From the human T2T-CHM13v2.0 reference genome, Homo sapiens: a stretch of DNA of 64,000 bases. The notes beneath the pieces are model-generated. The model was not told the origin of the DNA and searched no databases. It worked only from the letters and a program-made list of their open reading frames with translations. The stretch lies in assembly GCF_009914755.1 (NCBI RefSeq), contig NC_060926.1; one strand, 5' to 3'. The translations under genes and the position numbers were made by a program. Positions 40,507 through 55,041 of the stretch are shown in pieces. Position 1 is the stretch's first letter. Every line of letters begins with the position of its first letter.

Positions 40507-42973
40507 TCAGGGACAGGGAACTCCCCAAGTTGGATCCTGACAGGAATCCTCAGAGCCTAATTCCTTTTAGAGGGATGAGAACAATAGGTACCGGAACTTC
40601 AATTCCTAAACCAGGACTCAGAGAGAGCCCACAGCATGGTTGGAAGTAGGCGACATCTGTCTCTGGGCCCCCTCACCCTTTCCTGACTTGATCCTCTTTC
40701 CCTTTCCATGGGAAAGAGGGGTCCCTAGAATTTTATGTAACCCTGGGAACCATTAATCATGCAAAAACAATCAGCAAACACACATTTATAGGAAGCGCAA
40801 TTCCATTGGGATTTTAAAGTCATGGATTTTTTTGTTTGTTCTGTTTTGTTTCTGAGTTGGGAAAAGGTGGCTGTCAGAGACTTTTTGAAACAGCCAGCCA
40901 GTGTGGTCTGACACTCTGAGGCTCCTGGCAGGGAAACACGTGGGCACAATCCCGGAATCACTTTTTTCTCCCTGGATTTCTGGCCCTTCTTTTATGGATG
41001 AATGTGGAAACAAATGAAGATTCAGCTTTCCTAAATCCAAGAAGGACATTTAAGAGATAAAGCTACAAGGACTCTCATCTCAAAGGGCGGGATCAGGAGT
41101 TAACGCACGGCAGAGAGGCTACTGTGGCCCCACCTTGAGCCTGTGTGGTGACTGGCAGCGTTATTGCTGGAGTGATCCATTCTCATAGACTCAAGATGAT
41201 GGAAATGCACTGTCCCTTCATCAGTTCTCCATGGCAATCAATTCACAGCCATAGCTTGACCTGATCACCAAGCATCTGGACCATCATAGAAGCCCTTTCT
41301 ACCTCAGCTGCTGCCCGGCATATGAAATGTCCGCCATAGCCAGATTCATTTAATAAAACAGAGGTTTCATAATGTTTTACTTCCTGCTTAGAAGCTTTTA
41401 ATGGCTCTCCCGGACCTTCAGGACAAAACGCTAACTCCTTAGGCTGCCATCTGAGGCCATGACGAATCGGTCTCCATCTGTCTTCCCATATTAACACCTC
41501 AACAAACCCATAGGGCTGTGTGATAACCTGCAAGTGAATCCTAAACACGTTTTGAACTTTCCCATTACCTAAGGTTTGCTAAACGTGTTGCTCCACTGTT
41601 ACTCCCAGCCACGCTCTCCCCCGCCCCCCATCTCTTCTCTGCTCATCTGTCCTGGTTGTCGTCCAAAGCTCCTCCAGGTCTGGATCAGATCCCATCTGTT
41701 TAAGAGCAGCTTCAGCCTCTCTTCCCACCCCAGCACCCTCTCAGCCCTCCTCCCCCTCCCAAACTCCTCGAGCCTCTGGGACTTTAGCAATCATGTGATA
41801 GTAGGCATATGTGGCAATGTTGAGCCAGTTATTTTTTTAAAATAAGCCATAGAATTGATTCAAATGTTGCCAGTTTTTCTACTAGTGTAGGTTTTCTGGT
41901 CCAAGATCTGATCTACGATCCTCAATGTAGTGAGTTGTCATGCCTCTGCAGTCTCCTCCAAGCTGTGACAGTTCCCTATTCTCTCCTAGTCTTTCATGAT
42001 CTTGACACTTTTGAAGCGTGCTTGTCAGTCATCTTGTTAGAGGGTCCCCCAATTCAGGTTTGTATAATGTTTTCACGATTATGCATTATTGGGATGAAGG
42101 CCACAAAGGAACGTGCCCTTTTCAGTGCCTGTTGGGCACATGGTGCAGACATGCCATGCTGGAGTTGTCAACCCTGAACACTTGATTAAAGGGGTGTCTC
42201 CCAGGTTTTCTACTGTAATTTCCCTTTTAATCGCTAGAAATGTTTGAGACTATGTTAATATCCCCTCTTTTCTTTACCTTCGTCCATTCGCCTTAGCTTC
42301 CCTTAGTGGATCCTGCTGCAGTAGTGATTAATGGGGCATTCTAATGGTGATTTTCTGTTTCCCTCTTTCTTTCTACATGTACTAACTGGAATTCTTCTTT
42401 AAGGAAAAGTAGCGTCTTCACCATTCATTGTTTTATTCAGTTATTATTTACATCAGTATGGATTTATATATCTTAAAATTTATTTCGGTTCTAATCTAAT
42501 TTCCTGTGTTCTTTCAACATCTTTGCTCGCTTGTTTCTTTTCTTTACTTTTTGGCACCTCCTTACCATAAGATCCTCCAGGCTCATGTGGCATTTTGTCT
42601 ACTCTGGCCCTGGAATCAGTCAGTTCTCCAGTGACCCTTTTTATTGGAAAACCAAGACGTGGGGTGCTTGTGTGCTCACTGCTAGTGGGGTGTCACTGTT
42701 TCTAGTCCCTCTCAGTGGAAAAGAGAAAATATATTTATTATAGGAACCATGAATACACACATGCACCTCTACTTTATCCATACATCCGTCTTATCTATTA
42801 TCTTTCTATATTTTAAAGTCCACGAGTTTATATCTGACTCCAATTCAGACCACAAGGTACATTCAGTTTCCCACTTTCCTTATTTGCAACTTCTTTCTCC
42901 AACAGTGAGAAACTCTGCTTCTATTATCTGAAATTGATTTGCTTATTTTTTCAATCCTAGTACCCAAATAAAG

Positions 42974-43110
42974 TACAGTTAGCCCTCCATATCCACCAGT
43001 TCCACATCCATGGATTCAACCAACCGCAGGTCGACAAATACAGCATTCGTGAGATGCAGAATCTGCAGATGCGGAGGGCTGACTTTTTGTATCCAGGGAT
43101 TTTGTGGGTT
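42974..43110. mobile_element. MER2/Tigger2-derived MITE
   Basis: TA|cagttagccctccatatcc…ggattcaaccaaccgcag; internal inverted ggagggctgact. Confidence 0.75.
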
Positions 43111-43544
43111 TGCTGTACAGTTTTTTTGTCTTCTGCATTATGGCACCCAGTTGAAACACTTTTTGCCAGAGTCACTTAGGCCAGCTCCTTTCTACTCTGC
43201 TCTCCTTTGTGTGGTTATGAGATTCATGTGTGATACCGAGAGATTCACTTGTCAGTCTGCATGCCATCTTTACTACCACATCCCATTTGGTTTTTAACAT
43301 TTATATAACAGTAATATTCTTCGTAGTGTAGCATTCTGTGAGTTTGGACCAATGCATAGAGTCATGTATCCACATCACAGTTCCGTGCTAATATTTAAGG
43401 TAGGTTTCCTGTAGACATTATACAGCTGGGTCTCGCTTTTTTATCCAATCTGACAATCTCTGTCTTTTAACTGGTATATTCATTGTGATTTTTGACATAG
43501 CTGGTTTAAATCCTCTATCTTACTACTTGTTTTATTAAAAAAAA

Positions 43545-43823
43545 TTTTTAGACAGAGTCTCATTCTGTCATCCAGGCTAGAATGCACTGGCATGATCTTG
43601 ACCCACTGTAACCTCCCCCTCCCCAGGTTCCAAGCAACCCTCCCACCTCAGCCTCCCAAGTAGCTGGGACCACAGATGCATGCCACCCCACCCAGCTAAG
43701 TTTTTGTATTTTTGGTAGAGATGGGGTTTCACCATGTTGCCCAGGCTGGTCTTGAACTCCTGAGCTCAAGCCGTCTGCCTCCCAAAGTGCTGGGATCACA
43801 GGTATGAGCCATTGCACCTGGCC
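43545..43823 (-). mobile_element. AluJ-like
   Basis: Antisense Alu. Confidence 0.92.
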
Positions 43824-44020
43824 TAGCTGTTTTATATTTGTGCTATCTGTTCTTTGTTTTTTTTCTCTTTTTTTCCCTTCACTTGGGTTAACTAAATACT
43901 TTTATAATTCTATTTTATCTCCCTATTGATTTATTCTATATATCTCTTAAATACTTTTTAGTGATTGCTCAAATACCTCTAATTCATATCTTTAATTATA
44001 ATTTATCTTAAAATATGTAT

Positions 44021-44480
44021 AAGTTCCTTGTAGATTCTGGATATTAGACCTTCATGAGATGAGTAGCTTGCAAAAATTTTCTCCCATTCTGTAGGTTGCC
44101 CGTTCACTCTGATGCCAGTTTCTTTTGCTGTGCAGAAGCTCTTTAGTTTGATTAGATCCCATTTGTCAATTTTGGCTTTTGTTGCAATTGCTTTTGGTGT
44201 TTTAGTCATGAAGTCTTTGCCTATGCCTATGTCCAGATCGAACAATGAGAACACATGAACACGGGGAGGGGAACATCATACACCAGGGCCTGTCGGGGAA
44301 CGGGGGCAAGAGGAGGGAGAGCATTAGGACAAATACTTAATGCATGTGGGGCTTAAAACCTAGATGATGGGTTGATAGGTGCAGCAAACCACCATGGCAC
44401 ATGTATACCTATGTAACAAACCTGCACGTTCTGCACATGTATCCCAGAACTTAAAGTAAAATTTTAAAGAAGTGGAAAAA
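44021..44480 (+). mobile_element. 5'-inverted (twin-primed) L1PA: antisense ORF2 piece about 44021-44235 plus sense 3'UTR about 44239-44480
   Basis: ORF track 44003..44254(-) gives L1 ORF2 peptide [34 protein letters not shown]; sense 3'UTR follows; TSD TATAATTTA(T/C)CTTAAAATA at 43997-44015 and 44483-44501. Confidence 0.88.
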
Positions 44481-44635
44481 AGTATAATTTACCTTAAAAT
44501 AATACTTATAACACTTTATGTAAAGGGGGAAGACCTTACAATCATATATTCCCAAGTCTTTCCTCCAATCCTGTCTGCTTTTACTTTCACATATGCAGTT
44601 AACATACAGAGCATTGCTACTGTTTTTGCTTTAGA

Positions 44636-44840
44636 CCTGGGATTGGTAAACAATGACACATGGGCCATATCTGTTCTGGCACTTGTGTTGTAAATCAAGT
44701 CTTATTGGAGCAAAGTTATGCCCATTTGGTTATATCTTGTCCACAGCTGCTTTTGCACTATAATTAATGGCAGAGTAGAGTAGGTGCAGCAGAGACCATG
44801 TGACCTGCAAAGTCTACAATATTTGCAGTCTGGCTCTCTT
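44636..44840. mobile_element. MER58-like hAT remnant
   Basis: gtaaatcaagtcttattggagc…cagctgcttttgcact…gcagagaccatgtgacctgcaaagtc. Confidence 0.7.
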
Positions 44841-46217
44841 ATGTGGTTTCTGATGAGAAGTCTGTTGTAATTCTAACCTTGTTCCTCTATATAATTTGCC
44901 TTTTCTCTGGCTGCCTTCAAGATGTTCTCTTTGCCTTTATTATTTTAATTTCAAATATAAAATTTTGTTTTCATTTAAATTCATTTTAATTTTATTTTAA
45001 TTTCAAATAGAAAATGCCTCTGTGTGTGTGCATGTGTGAGTGTGTGCTGATATTTAACCTACTTGGTTGTTTGGTATTCTCTGGGCTTCTTGGACCTATA
45101 GCTTGGTGTCTATAATTAATTTTAGAAAATTCTAGTCTATTATTTATTTTTAATTTATTTAGGCTATTATTTTAGGCTATTTAATAAGGGTATTAATTAT
45201 TATTTATTCCACCCTACTCTTTCTCTCTTTCTCTTCTCCTCCTTAGATTCCATTTCACGTATGTTGACATCGACCCACAGCTCTTAGATGCCCCATTCCT
45301 GTTTGGTTCCTTTTTTTGTTCTCACTTTGTTTTCCTCTGTGTTTCAGTTTGGGTAATTTCTGTTACCTACCTCCAGCTTCAGTGATTCTTTCATCCCTGC
45401 ACTGAGTTTCCTGAGGAGCCCGCTGAGGCCGTTGCTCACCTTTGTTAGGACAGTTTTGTTTCTGACATTTTGACTTGGTGCTTCCAGTTCTCTCCATGTC
45501 TCCTGTGAAGGTTTTCATCTGACCCCATCTACTGCACACCTCATCTCATCTGTTACATTGTATACCTTATGCAATTAGAGACATCAACGTATTAAGCATA
45601 ATTTTCTTTTAAAAAGTCCATGTCTGATAGTTCCAGCATCTGTGTCATAGCTGAGACTAGTTAGTATTGCTGTCTCTTGGAAGTGTGTTCTTTTTGCCTT
45701 TTTCTTCACTTTATAATTTTCTCTTGAAAGCTGGACATCTTGTGTAGAACTGTAGAAATGAACATCATTTTTTCTTCCCTCTGGAAATGGTGCTGTTTCT
45801 GCTTTTTCTACGGGTAGGCTTTTGCTGTTGGGGGCTTGAGTTACTCTAGGTAGAAGTTGGGCTAGGTTTGAAGTTCATTGTTGCTATTGCTGCCCTCCAT
45901 GCAGCACAGCCGTCACTTCCTGCGGAAGTACCTCATATTTTAGGGTGCAGTTTGGTTTGTCAGAGGAATACCTGCTTGACATCAGCTTTGGACCTACCCT
46001 CTGCACTACACCTTGGAGAGTGTCTTTCTGCATGTCACTCTCCTGTTCTGCTGCTCTTGTTCTAGTCAGCTCGACGATGTGAGGTGGGGAGGGGCAGAAA
46101 TTCTCTGCTGTGCTGATTAAGACGCAGCGGTAGGCAGGCACCCTGCCCTTGGTTTTCAGATGGCTGACTTCCTCAGTGTTTTTGCTCCTGCAGTAGGTTT
46201 AGTAACAAACACAATTT

Positions 46218-47267
46218 AAAAAAATTATTTTAAGTTCCGGGATACATGTGCAGAATGTGCAGGTTTTTTACATAGGTATACATGTGCTGTGGTGGTTTGC
46301 TGTACCTATCAACCCGTTATCTAGGTTTAAGCCCTGCATGCGTTAAGTATTTGTCCTAATGCTCTCCCTCCCCTTGTCCCCCACCCCCTGACTGGCCCCG
46401 GTGTGTGTTGTTCCCCTCCCTGTGTCCATGTGTTCTCATTGTTCAACTCCCACTTATGAGTGAGAACATGCAGTTTGTTTTCTGTTCCCGTGTTAGTTTG
46501 CTGAGAATGATGGCTTCCAGCTTCATCCATGTCCCTGCAAAGGACATGAGCTCATTCTTTTTTATGGCTGCATAGTATTCCATGGTGTATATGTGCCACT
46601 TTTTCTTTATCCAGTCTATCATTGATGGGCATTTGAGTTGGTTCCAAGTCTTTGCTATTGTAAATAGTGCTGCAATAAACATACATGTGCATGTGTCTTT
46701 ATAGTAGAAGGATTTATAATCCTTTGGGTATATACCCAGGAATGAGATTGCTGGGTCAAATGGTATTTCTGGTTGTAGATCCTTGGGGAATCACTACACG
46801 CTCTTTCACAATGGTTGAACTAGTTTACCACCAACAGTGTAAAAGCATTCCTATTTCTCCACAGCCTCGCCAGCATCTATTGTTTCCTGACTTTTTAATA
46901 ATTGCCTTTCCAACTGGCCTGAGATGGTATCTCATTGTGGTTTTGATTTGCATTTCTGTAGTGACCAGTGATGATGAGTTTTTTTTTTTTCATATGTTTG
47001 TTGGCTGCATACATGTCTTTTGAGAAGTGTTTAGTCATATCCTTTGCCCAGTTTTTGATGGGGTTGTATGGTTTTTTTCTTGCTTGTAAATTTGTTTAAG
47101 TTCCTTATAGATATTGGATATTAGACCTTTGTCAGATGGGTAGATTGCAAAAATTTTCTCCCATTCTGTAGGTTGCCTGTTCACTCTGATGTTAGTTTCT
47201 TTTGCTGTGCAGAAGCTCTTTAGTTTAATTAGATTCCATTTGTCAATTCTGGCTTTTGTTGCAATTG
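46218..47267 (-). mobile_element. 5'-truncated L1PA (about 1.05 kb), TSD ACAA(A/G)CACAATTT
   Basis: Disrupted ORF2 C-terminus (MFIAALFTIAKTWNQ…) and 3'UTR; TSD 46205-46217 and 47268-47280. Confidence 0.95.
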
Positions 47268-48028
47268 ACAAGCACAATTTTTAAGTAATGATGAGTTTAT
47301 GTAATATCTTGCAATATGTGCAACAACTTTGATGTGGTGTGAACATTTCTGTTATTTTGTTGTTGTTGGAGGTGGTGGTCGTGTGTATCATTAATACTAT
47401 TGCCATTTGTTACCTATATTTATAACAGAAAGAAATACTGCATTTCAGTTAGAAGTTAGTGAAATTAAGATGTAATTTTCCCACATCCAAGTTCATGCTT
47501 CTGCTTTGTATCTGTGGACCCTTTGGACTTCTGGTTCAGAGCTATCTACTCTAGATTATAACATCCTTGAAGTCAGGGACTGACAGACAGACCTGGGCTT
47601 TATTCCCAGCTGTCTTTGTTTTCTGTGTGACATGTGTTTCCGCATCAGGTTGTAGAAATAATAATAGTACTTACCTAATGAAGTTGCTGTAGGATCAAAA
47701 TGGTTAGATAATGTCTGCAAAGGGTTTGGAAATACCTATTCCAAAGCAGTATTCAATTAATAAATGTAAGCTCCTTTTGTAAATTGCTGTCAGGCCAAAG
47801 GACCACCTGATAAATGGCAATGTCATAATAAAATCCTGCTGGTTGGTGTCCAAGATGCATGTGTCTTGTGCCACATTACACTGTGGTGAAATATGCCTTA
47901 TTACCGATACCTAAATAGATACTCCCTAGTTTAAAAAGAACAAAAGAGCTGGTCATTGTTCTTGTGTAGAACTTGAATTTCCTGATGGACTGTTCCAAAA
48001 ACAATAACCAGAATTACAAGTGTCCATT

Positions 48029-48080
<52 letters not shown>

Positions 48081-48087
48081 TGTGTGT
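48029..48087. repeat. (TC)n(TG)n compound microsatellite
   Basis: Visible. Confidence 0.93.
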
Positions 48088-48498
48088 TTGTATGGGGGCC
48101 AAACCAAAACTTGTGAGGTCCCTCCGACCAATATTTCCACATATATTTGGAAGGAAAGTCATGGGGGAAAAGACTGGATGGGGGGAATTGCTGGGGTCAA
48201 TACCTGGCTCTTCTACCTTAACAATTCCATTCCCACTCCCCAGAAATGTTTATTCTCCACTCAGAAAAATGCACCCCATGACCTGTCGGTTTAGCAACCA
48301 CTTGATCTAATTTGAATATGTGTCCTATGGTTTCTACTCCCTTCCCCCTGCAGCTGATCCAAGTATTCCTTTTGAAACTAGATAGGGTGTTATTTCCAAG
48401 CAGGATTATGGGAAATAGATTTTCTATCTTGCTATGTTCCCAGGAATGTTTTAACACCTCATATACATTGGAGCCTGGGCAGATGAATCTGGTTTTAG

Positions 48499-49011
<513 letters not shown>

Positions 49012-49320
49012 TGAGCACCCAAGTTCCATTGTACAAAAAGCAACAATGAAAGGAATCCAAGAGATCTCCTTGACACAATCAAACTGAAATTCAATGCGAT
49101 TAAATGTCTTGACAAAGTCACACAGCTAGTAAGGGGCAGGGCTGGGACACAAAGCCAACCTTTCTGATGTCAAATCCTATGTTCTTTCTCCCGTACCACA
49201 CTTGATGATTCTACACAGGAAAGAGTATTGTGCATTTGGCCATGAATCAAAACAGACCAGTTTGTATTAAATTAGAGACCTTCATTCACATTGCAATGTG
49301 ACATTTTGAAGCTACTGTTA

Positions 49321-49518
49321 GAGCATGAGGGACTCTAACCAATGACCAACTTTTCTTCTGTCCTCACTCATGCCCTTTGGGAACACATAGGATGAGGGAT
49401 GGATAATAGTAATAATAACGAGCATGAGGGACTCTAACCAATGACCAACTTTTCTTCTGTCCTCACTCACGCCCTTTGAGAACACGTAGGATGAGGGATG
49501 GATGATAGTAATAATAAC
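49321..49518 (+). repeat. Tandem duplication of a 99-bp unique unit (95/99 identical)
   Basis: Copies 49321-49419 and 49420-49518; four transitions. Confidence 0.97.
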
Positions 49519-49519
49519 G

Positions 49520-50130
49520 TGACAGAGAGAAACTCACCCTTTTTTATAGCCAAGCAAATACAACCCATTGTTTACATGTTCTGAAGATAAACCATAACTA
49601 GTCCTCAAGTAAGAGCACTTGACGGCACCCTTTATCCTTCTCAGTTCATCTTGAATTCACCTGGTAATCTGCATTAGCTAATTGCTTTTACCCAAGACCC
49701 AAGAGGGAAAAAAATCCATCTGGACAGGAGATAGTTTTGCATCTTGGAGCAAGTCTCCTGCCAGATAGGCTCTCTTTTACCTTCTCATGGAAGGTAGGAG
49801 ATGGGGTGCTGTCTTCCCTGATGTTTACATTTCAAAGAGGCGGCCTCCAGATCTCTTAGGAAACACTCCTGAGTTTTACAGGTGGCCACAGGCTTATTTA
49901 GCTTTTCAAAAGATTTACAACATCTCAAAGGGACAGAGAAAGAATTTACAGTGACATGTATACTATAGTAAATGCTCTTAGAGAAGCGGGGGGAAGGCAG
50001 TCTCTTTCCCTTATTGCATGAGAGAGAATGCAAAAAAATTTTTTGATTTGTATTTACCCTTGCGTTAGAAAGGAACAGTTGAGCTACAGCTGCACAGCTC
50101 CTTTGACGAGACAGAAGGAACAAGGGATGC
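49520..50130 (-). mobile_element. ERV1 MER4-group LTR fragment (MER34/MER39-like)
   Basis: gatgtttacatttcaaagag…cttatttagcttttcaaaagatttaca…aagggacagagaaagaatttaca; minus-strand TATAAAAAA at 49540-49548. Confidence 0.6.
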
Positions 50131-50146
50131 AGAGACCAGAAGGTTA

Positions 50147-50549
<403 letters not shown>

Positions 50550-51381
50550 TTATATTAATGTTATGCTTTAGGTTAAAGGAAAATTCAATTTTGCTTTCCT
50601 AAGTACACAGGAACATGTATTTGAATCTAGGAGATTGACAATAACTCTCCTAAGTGTCTTGTCCCTTTCCTGTGATAGCTTAGCTTAGCCAATCAACCCA
50701 TTAGTCCTTCAACAAGTCTTCTGAGACCTTTCTGTGGGTCTGGCATACACTGGACATTGTCGAATAGGGGAAATGTGAGACGAATGAAGTCCTCAGAGTA
50801 TAGTTACTCTCCTCACCAACCCCAGGTTCTAGGTCAACGATGAAAGGGGTTGTGTTAGGCTCTAGGCAACAGGCACGTGCCAAAGTGAATGGCTATATAG
50901 GCAAACAGCATTTACATTCTTCCCATGAAATGATATGATTTGTTAGCAAATTCAGTCTTTTTCTGCTTTCCTAATTCATTCTTTAGAGCTGATAAATGGT
51001 TATATCACTTAGCACTGTAGATTTTATCTTAACTGGGTTCAAAGGTCTATCTGCTGAGGCATTTAGTGGCTGAGCTATGACTCTGGGGGGCTGGCTCAGG
51101 TGTCCTAGTACTGTCACAGGTTGCACAGTGTCTTCTTTGCAGAAACCTGATTTTATTTGGAAGTCAGCTTCCCTCACTGAGGCCAGAAACTGATCACTCA
51201 GCTGACTGACACCTTAGCTTTGGGGTTCCAGTTTCTATGGCTGGTTGGTGAGCTCTGTGTTGGGGCAGCCTGGGGAAGAATTGAGCACTGGGGTGCCTTC
51301 AGTCTAGGTTGATTCTGTGGATTTGAAACCAATTTGATGCCCTTTAGGATGCGAGCATCTTTTCAGGTCTCTTTAGAATGC

Positions 51382-51747
51382 TGTCTTAGGTCAGGCTGCT
51401 AGAACACATATCATAGGCTGGGTGGCTTAAAAGACAGAAATTTCTATCTCATGGTTCTGGAGGCTGGACCTCTGCCACTGGGGTGCCGGCAGGGTTGGGT
51501 TCTGGTGATGTCCACTTTCCTTGGCTTGCAGACAGCTGCCTTCTCCCACTGTCCTCACATGACACAGAGTGAGCTCTGGTCTCCTCCTCTTCTTATAAGG
51601 GCACAAATCCCATCATGGAGGTCTTGCCCTCATGAGCTCATCTAAACTTAATCACCTCCCAAAGGCTCCACCTCATCATACCAGCACAGTGGGGACTAGG
51701 GTTTCAACAGATGAATTTTGGGGGGCACAAAGATTCAGTCAATAGCA
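51382..51747 (-). mobile_element. MLT1A-like MaLR LTR
   Basis: ggctgggtggcttaaa…ggttctggaggctgg…taatcacctcccaaaggctccacctc…ttcagtcaatagca. Confidence 0.85.
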
Positions 51748-52236
51748 GATGCATTTCTCAGTTGAAGCTAAAAAGCAATTCCAAAAATGTTTTCTTCTTT
51801 GGTAGATTCATCCGGTATACACTGCTATGACCTTGCCAATGATTGAAATACTAGAAATTTAGAAATATCCATTGCAGTCACTGTCCCCAGTCCCCTAAGT
51901 GGCCTCATTCCTGCCATCTCATCTATTCTCTTAGATTTGCCCCCTTCCCTTTGCAGCCCTCTCCATAAGCCAGCAGGTCCCTGCTCTGCTGTGGCTGGTG
52001 TCTGCTCTGATTGGCTCATGTTCATGGCATGCCTAATAGTTTGAATATCATCCCTGGGACTGGCAAAGGAGGCAGTGTGGACTACAAGGCTGGGGAAAGC
52101 TGGGAAGAAGGATGAAGCCTGGAGTGCTAGACACAGATGTGCTGATCTGAAGTGTATGCCAAAGGGCATCACTTTTATAGGGAAGTGGACCAGGAGGAGG
52201 GAGCGAGGTAATGTCAGATTAGAAGTGAGGGTGTGA

Positions 52237-53562
52237 CATCTACAACCATCTGATCTTTGACAAACCTGACAAAAACAAGCAATGGGGAAAGGATTCCCTA
52301 TTAATAAATGGTGCTGGGAAAACTGGCTAGCCATATGCAGAAAACTGAAACTGGACCCCTTCCTTACACTTTATACAAAAATTAACTCAAGAAGGATTAA
52401 AGACTTAAACATAAGACCTAAAACCATAAAAACCCTAGAAGAAAACCTAGGCAATACCATTCAGGACATAGGCATGGGCAAAGACTTCATGAGTAAAACA
52501 CCAAAAGCAATGGCAACAAAAGCCAACATTGACAAATGGGATCTAATTAAACTAAAGAGCTTTTGCACAGCAAAAGAAACTAGCATCAGAGTGAACAGGC
52601 AACCTACAGAATGGGAGAAAATTTTTGCAATCTACCCACCTGACAAAGGTCTGATACCCAGAATTTAAAAGGAACTTAAACAAATTTACAAGAAAAAAAC
52701 CAAACAACCCCATCAAAAAGTGGGCAAAGGATATGAACAGACAGTTCTCAAAAGAAGACATTTATGTGGCCAACAAATGTATGAAAAAAAGCTCTTCATC
52801 ACTGATCATTAGAGAAATGCAAATCAAAACCACAATGAGATACCATCTCACGCCAGTTAGAATGGCGATCATCAAAAAGTCAGGAAACAACAGATGCTGG
52901 AGAGGATGTGGAGAAATAGGAACACTTTTACACTGTTGGTGGGTGTGTAAATTAGTTCAACCATTGTGGAAGACAGTGTAGCGATTCCTAAAGGATCTAG
53001 AACCAGAAATACCATTTGACCCAGCAATCCCATTACTGGGTATATACCCAAAGGATTATAAATCATTCTACTATAAAGACACATGCACATGTATGTTTAT
53101 TGCAGTACTATTTACAATAGCAAAGACTTGGAACCAACCCAAATGCCCATCAATGATGGACTGGATAAAGAAAAAGTGGCACATATACACCATGGAATAC
53201 TATGCAGCCATAAAAAAGATGAGGTCATGTCCTTTGTAGGGGCATGGATGAAGCTGGAAGCCATCATTCTCAGCAAACTAACACAGGAACGGAAAGCCAA
53301 ACACCGCATGTTCTCACTCATAAGTGGGAGTTGAATAATGAGAACACATGGACACAGGGAGGGGAACATCACACACTGGGGCCTGTTGGGGAGTGGGGGG
53401 CTAGGGGAGGGATAGCATTAGGAGAAACACCTAATGTAGATGATGAGTTGATGGGTGCAGCAAATCACCATGGCATGTGTATACCTATATAACAAACCCG
53501 CACGTTCTGCACATGTATCCCAGAACTTAAGGTATAATTAAAAAAAAAAAAAAAGAAGAAGA
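52237..53562 (+). mobile_element. 5'-truncated L1PA (about 1.3 kb), disrupted ORF2 3' end, 3'UTR and poly-A
   Basis: ORF track peptides [19 protein letters not shown]…, [18 protein letters not shown]…; imperfect TSD agaagtgagggtgt/agaggggagggtgt. Confidence 0.96.
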
Positions 53563-54114
53563 AGAGGGGAGGGTGTCAGTCTCCCCTCTGCTACATGGCC
53601 GCTGACTCATTTTCAGGAGCCAGCACCGCTGCTGGGGAGTCCCACTTCTGGTCCTGATGGAATAACAGGGAGCAGGTTTACCCTCCTGTCTTAAAAACAG
53701 CCGGAAAGCTGGACAAGTATGTGAAACAACAGTTAGTGGACACTGGACAACAGGCAGAACAGGACAGGGATTCCTGGGAGAGGGGAAGCAATAAGAGCAG
53801 CCTCACAAGTGTCCACCTCAGCAGTGCCAGGAGAGGGAGCCCAAACAGAGCCTGAGGGCCTGCCCAGCTCAGGAGATGGAGTGTGGGCTTCCGGGAGGCC
53901 AAGGGAGCTAGAATTTGCAGGGCAGAGATCTGCAGAAGAAGGAGCCACAGAGAATGGTTCAGAGATCTGCAAGGAGTGCCTTGAGTCTTCAGCTGAGTAC
54001 TGGTCTGCACATGAATGTGAGGAAACCACCAAGGAAGGAGCTTGCAGGCAGAACGATCTCCAGAAATCACTCAGGCCTGGGGATATTGTGTGTCTGTGAG
54101 AGCAGCTTAGAAAT

Positions 54115-54600
54115 AGATCCCTAAATTATCTGATAGTCTTCCTTTCAAAAAGAGGCGCCTACACCTACCTCCCTTGAATGTGGGCTGGGCTTACTAATAT
54201 GCTTCTAAAGGACAGAATGTGGTGAAAGTGACGATGATGGTTTGTGACTTTAGAGACTAGGGTGTAGAAAGCCTTGTGGCTCCTGCTTGCTCTCTCTTGG
54301 GTCAGCCCCTCTGGGGAAGCCAGAAGCTGTATTGCTCAATCAGCCTCCGGACAGGTCCATGAGGCAAGAAATGGAGCCCCTGGCTACAGCCATGTGAGTC
54401 ACCGTCCTGGAGGCAGATCCTTTGGCCCCAGTCAGAGGGCTCCAATCCAGCCATCACCTTGACTGCGACCTCACGAGAGAGCTTGAGTTAGAGCCACCAG
54501 CTGGGCCACTCCTGGATTCCTGACACAAGAAACTGCAGGGAATAAATACCTGTTGATTCAAGCTGCTAAGTTTTGAGGTAAATTTTATGCAACAAAAACT
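54115..54600 (+). mobile_element. MLT1 LTR nested in old L1M
   Basis: ccttgaatgtgggctgggctt…cttgactgcgacctcacgagag…ttcctgacacaagaaactg…aataaa…aagctgctaagttttgaggtaa. Confidence 0.75.
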
Positions 54601-55041
54601 ACATTTCCATCAGCCAGACTGGGAAGACCCCCTAAAATTCAGGACATTGAGGAGAAAAGTAGAAGAGAATTGCCTCAAAGAGGTGACAAATTAGTCCTAA
54701 AACAAAGGCTGTTCTGGATCTGCCGTAACAATGTTGAACATCAAGGCTCAAAAAGATCAAACTAATCGTAAGTAACTTTACTGCATCTCAGAACAAAGCA
54801 CAACACTGTTTAAAGGAATATAATAAAATCTAGCCACCAACAGTACAAAACTGACAATGTCCCGTGTCCAAACAAAAATACTGGGCTTGCAAAGAAGCAG
54901 GATAATATGACCTAGGATCTGGAGAAAAATCAATCAATATAAACAGATCCAGAAATGACATTCATGATAGAATTAGATGAGGGTGTTAAAACGGCTACTA
55001 TTTATATAACCATATGCGAATGACATTCAATGTAAACCCTT

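Larger units (their letters stand above)
41850..46200 (-). mobile_element. Long old L1M (L1MC/MD-like) tract carrying nested younger insertions
   Basis: T-rich antisense L1M motifs (ttatccaatctgacaatctctgtcttttaactgg; gtttctgatgagaagtctg) on both sides of the nested elements. Confidence 0.6.

Noticed and set aside
52282-53334. L1 ORF2-like peptides
   Set aside because: Frameshifted, stop-containing fragments of a 5'-truncated L1; not a gene or active element.
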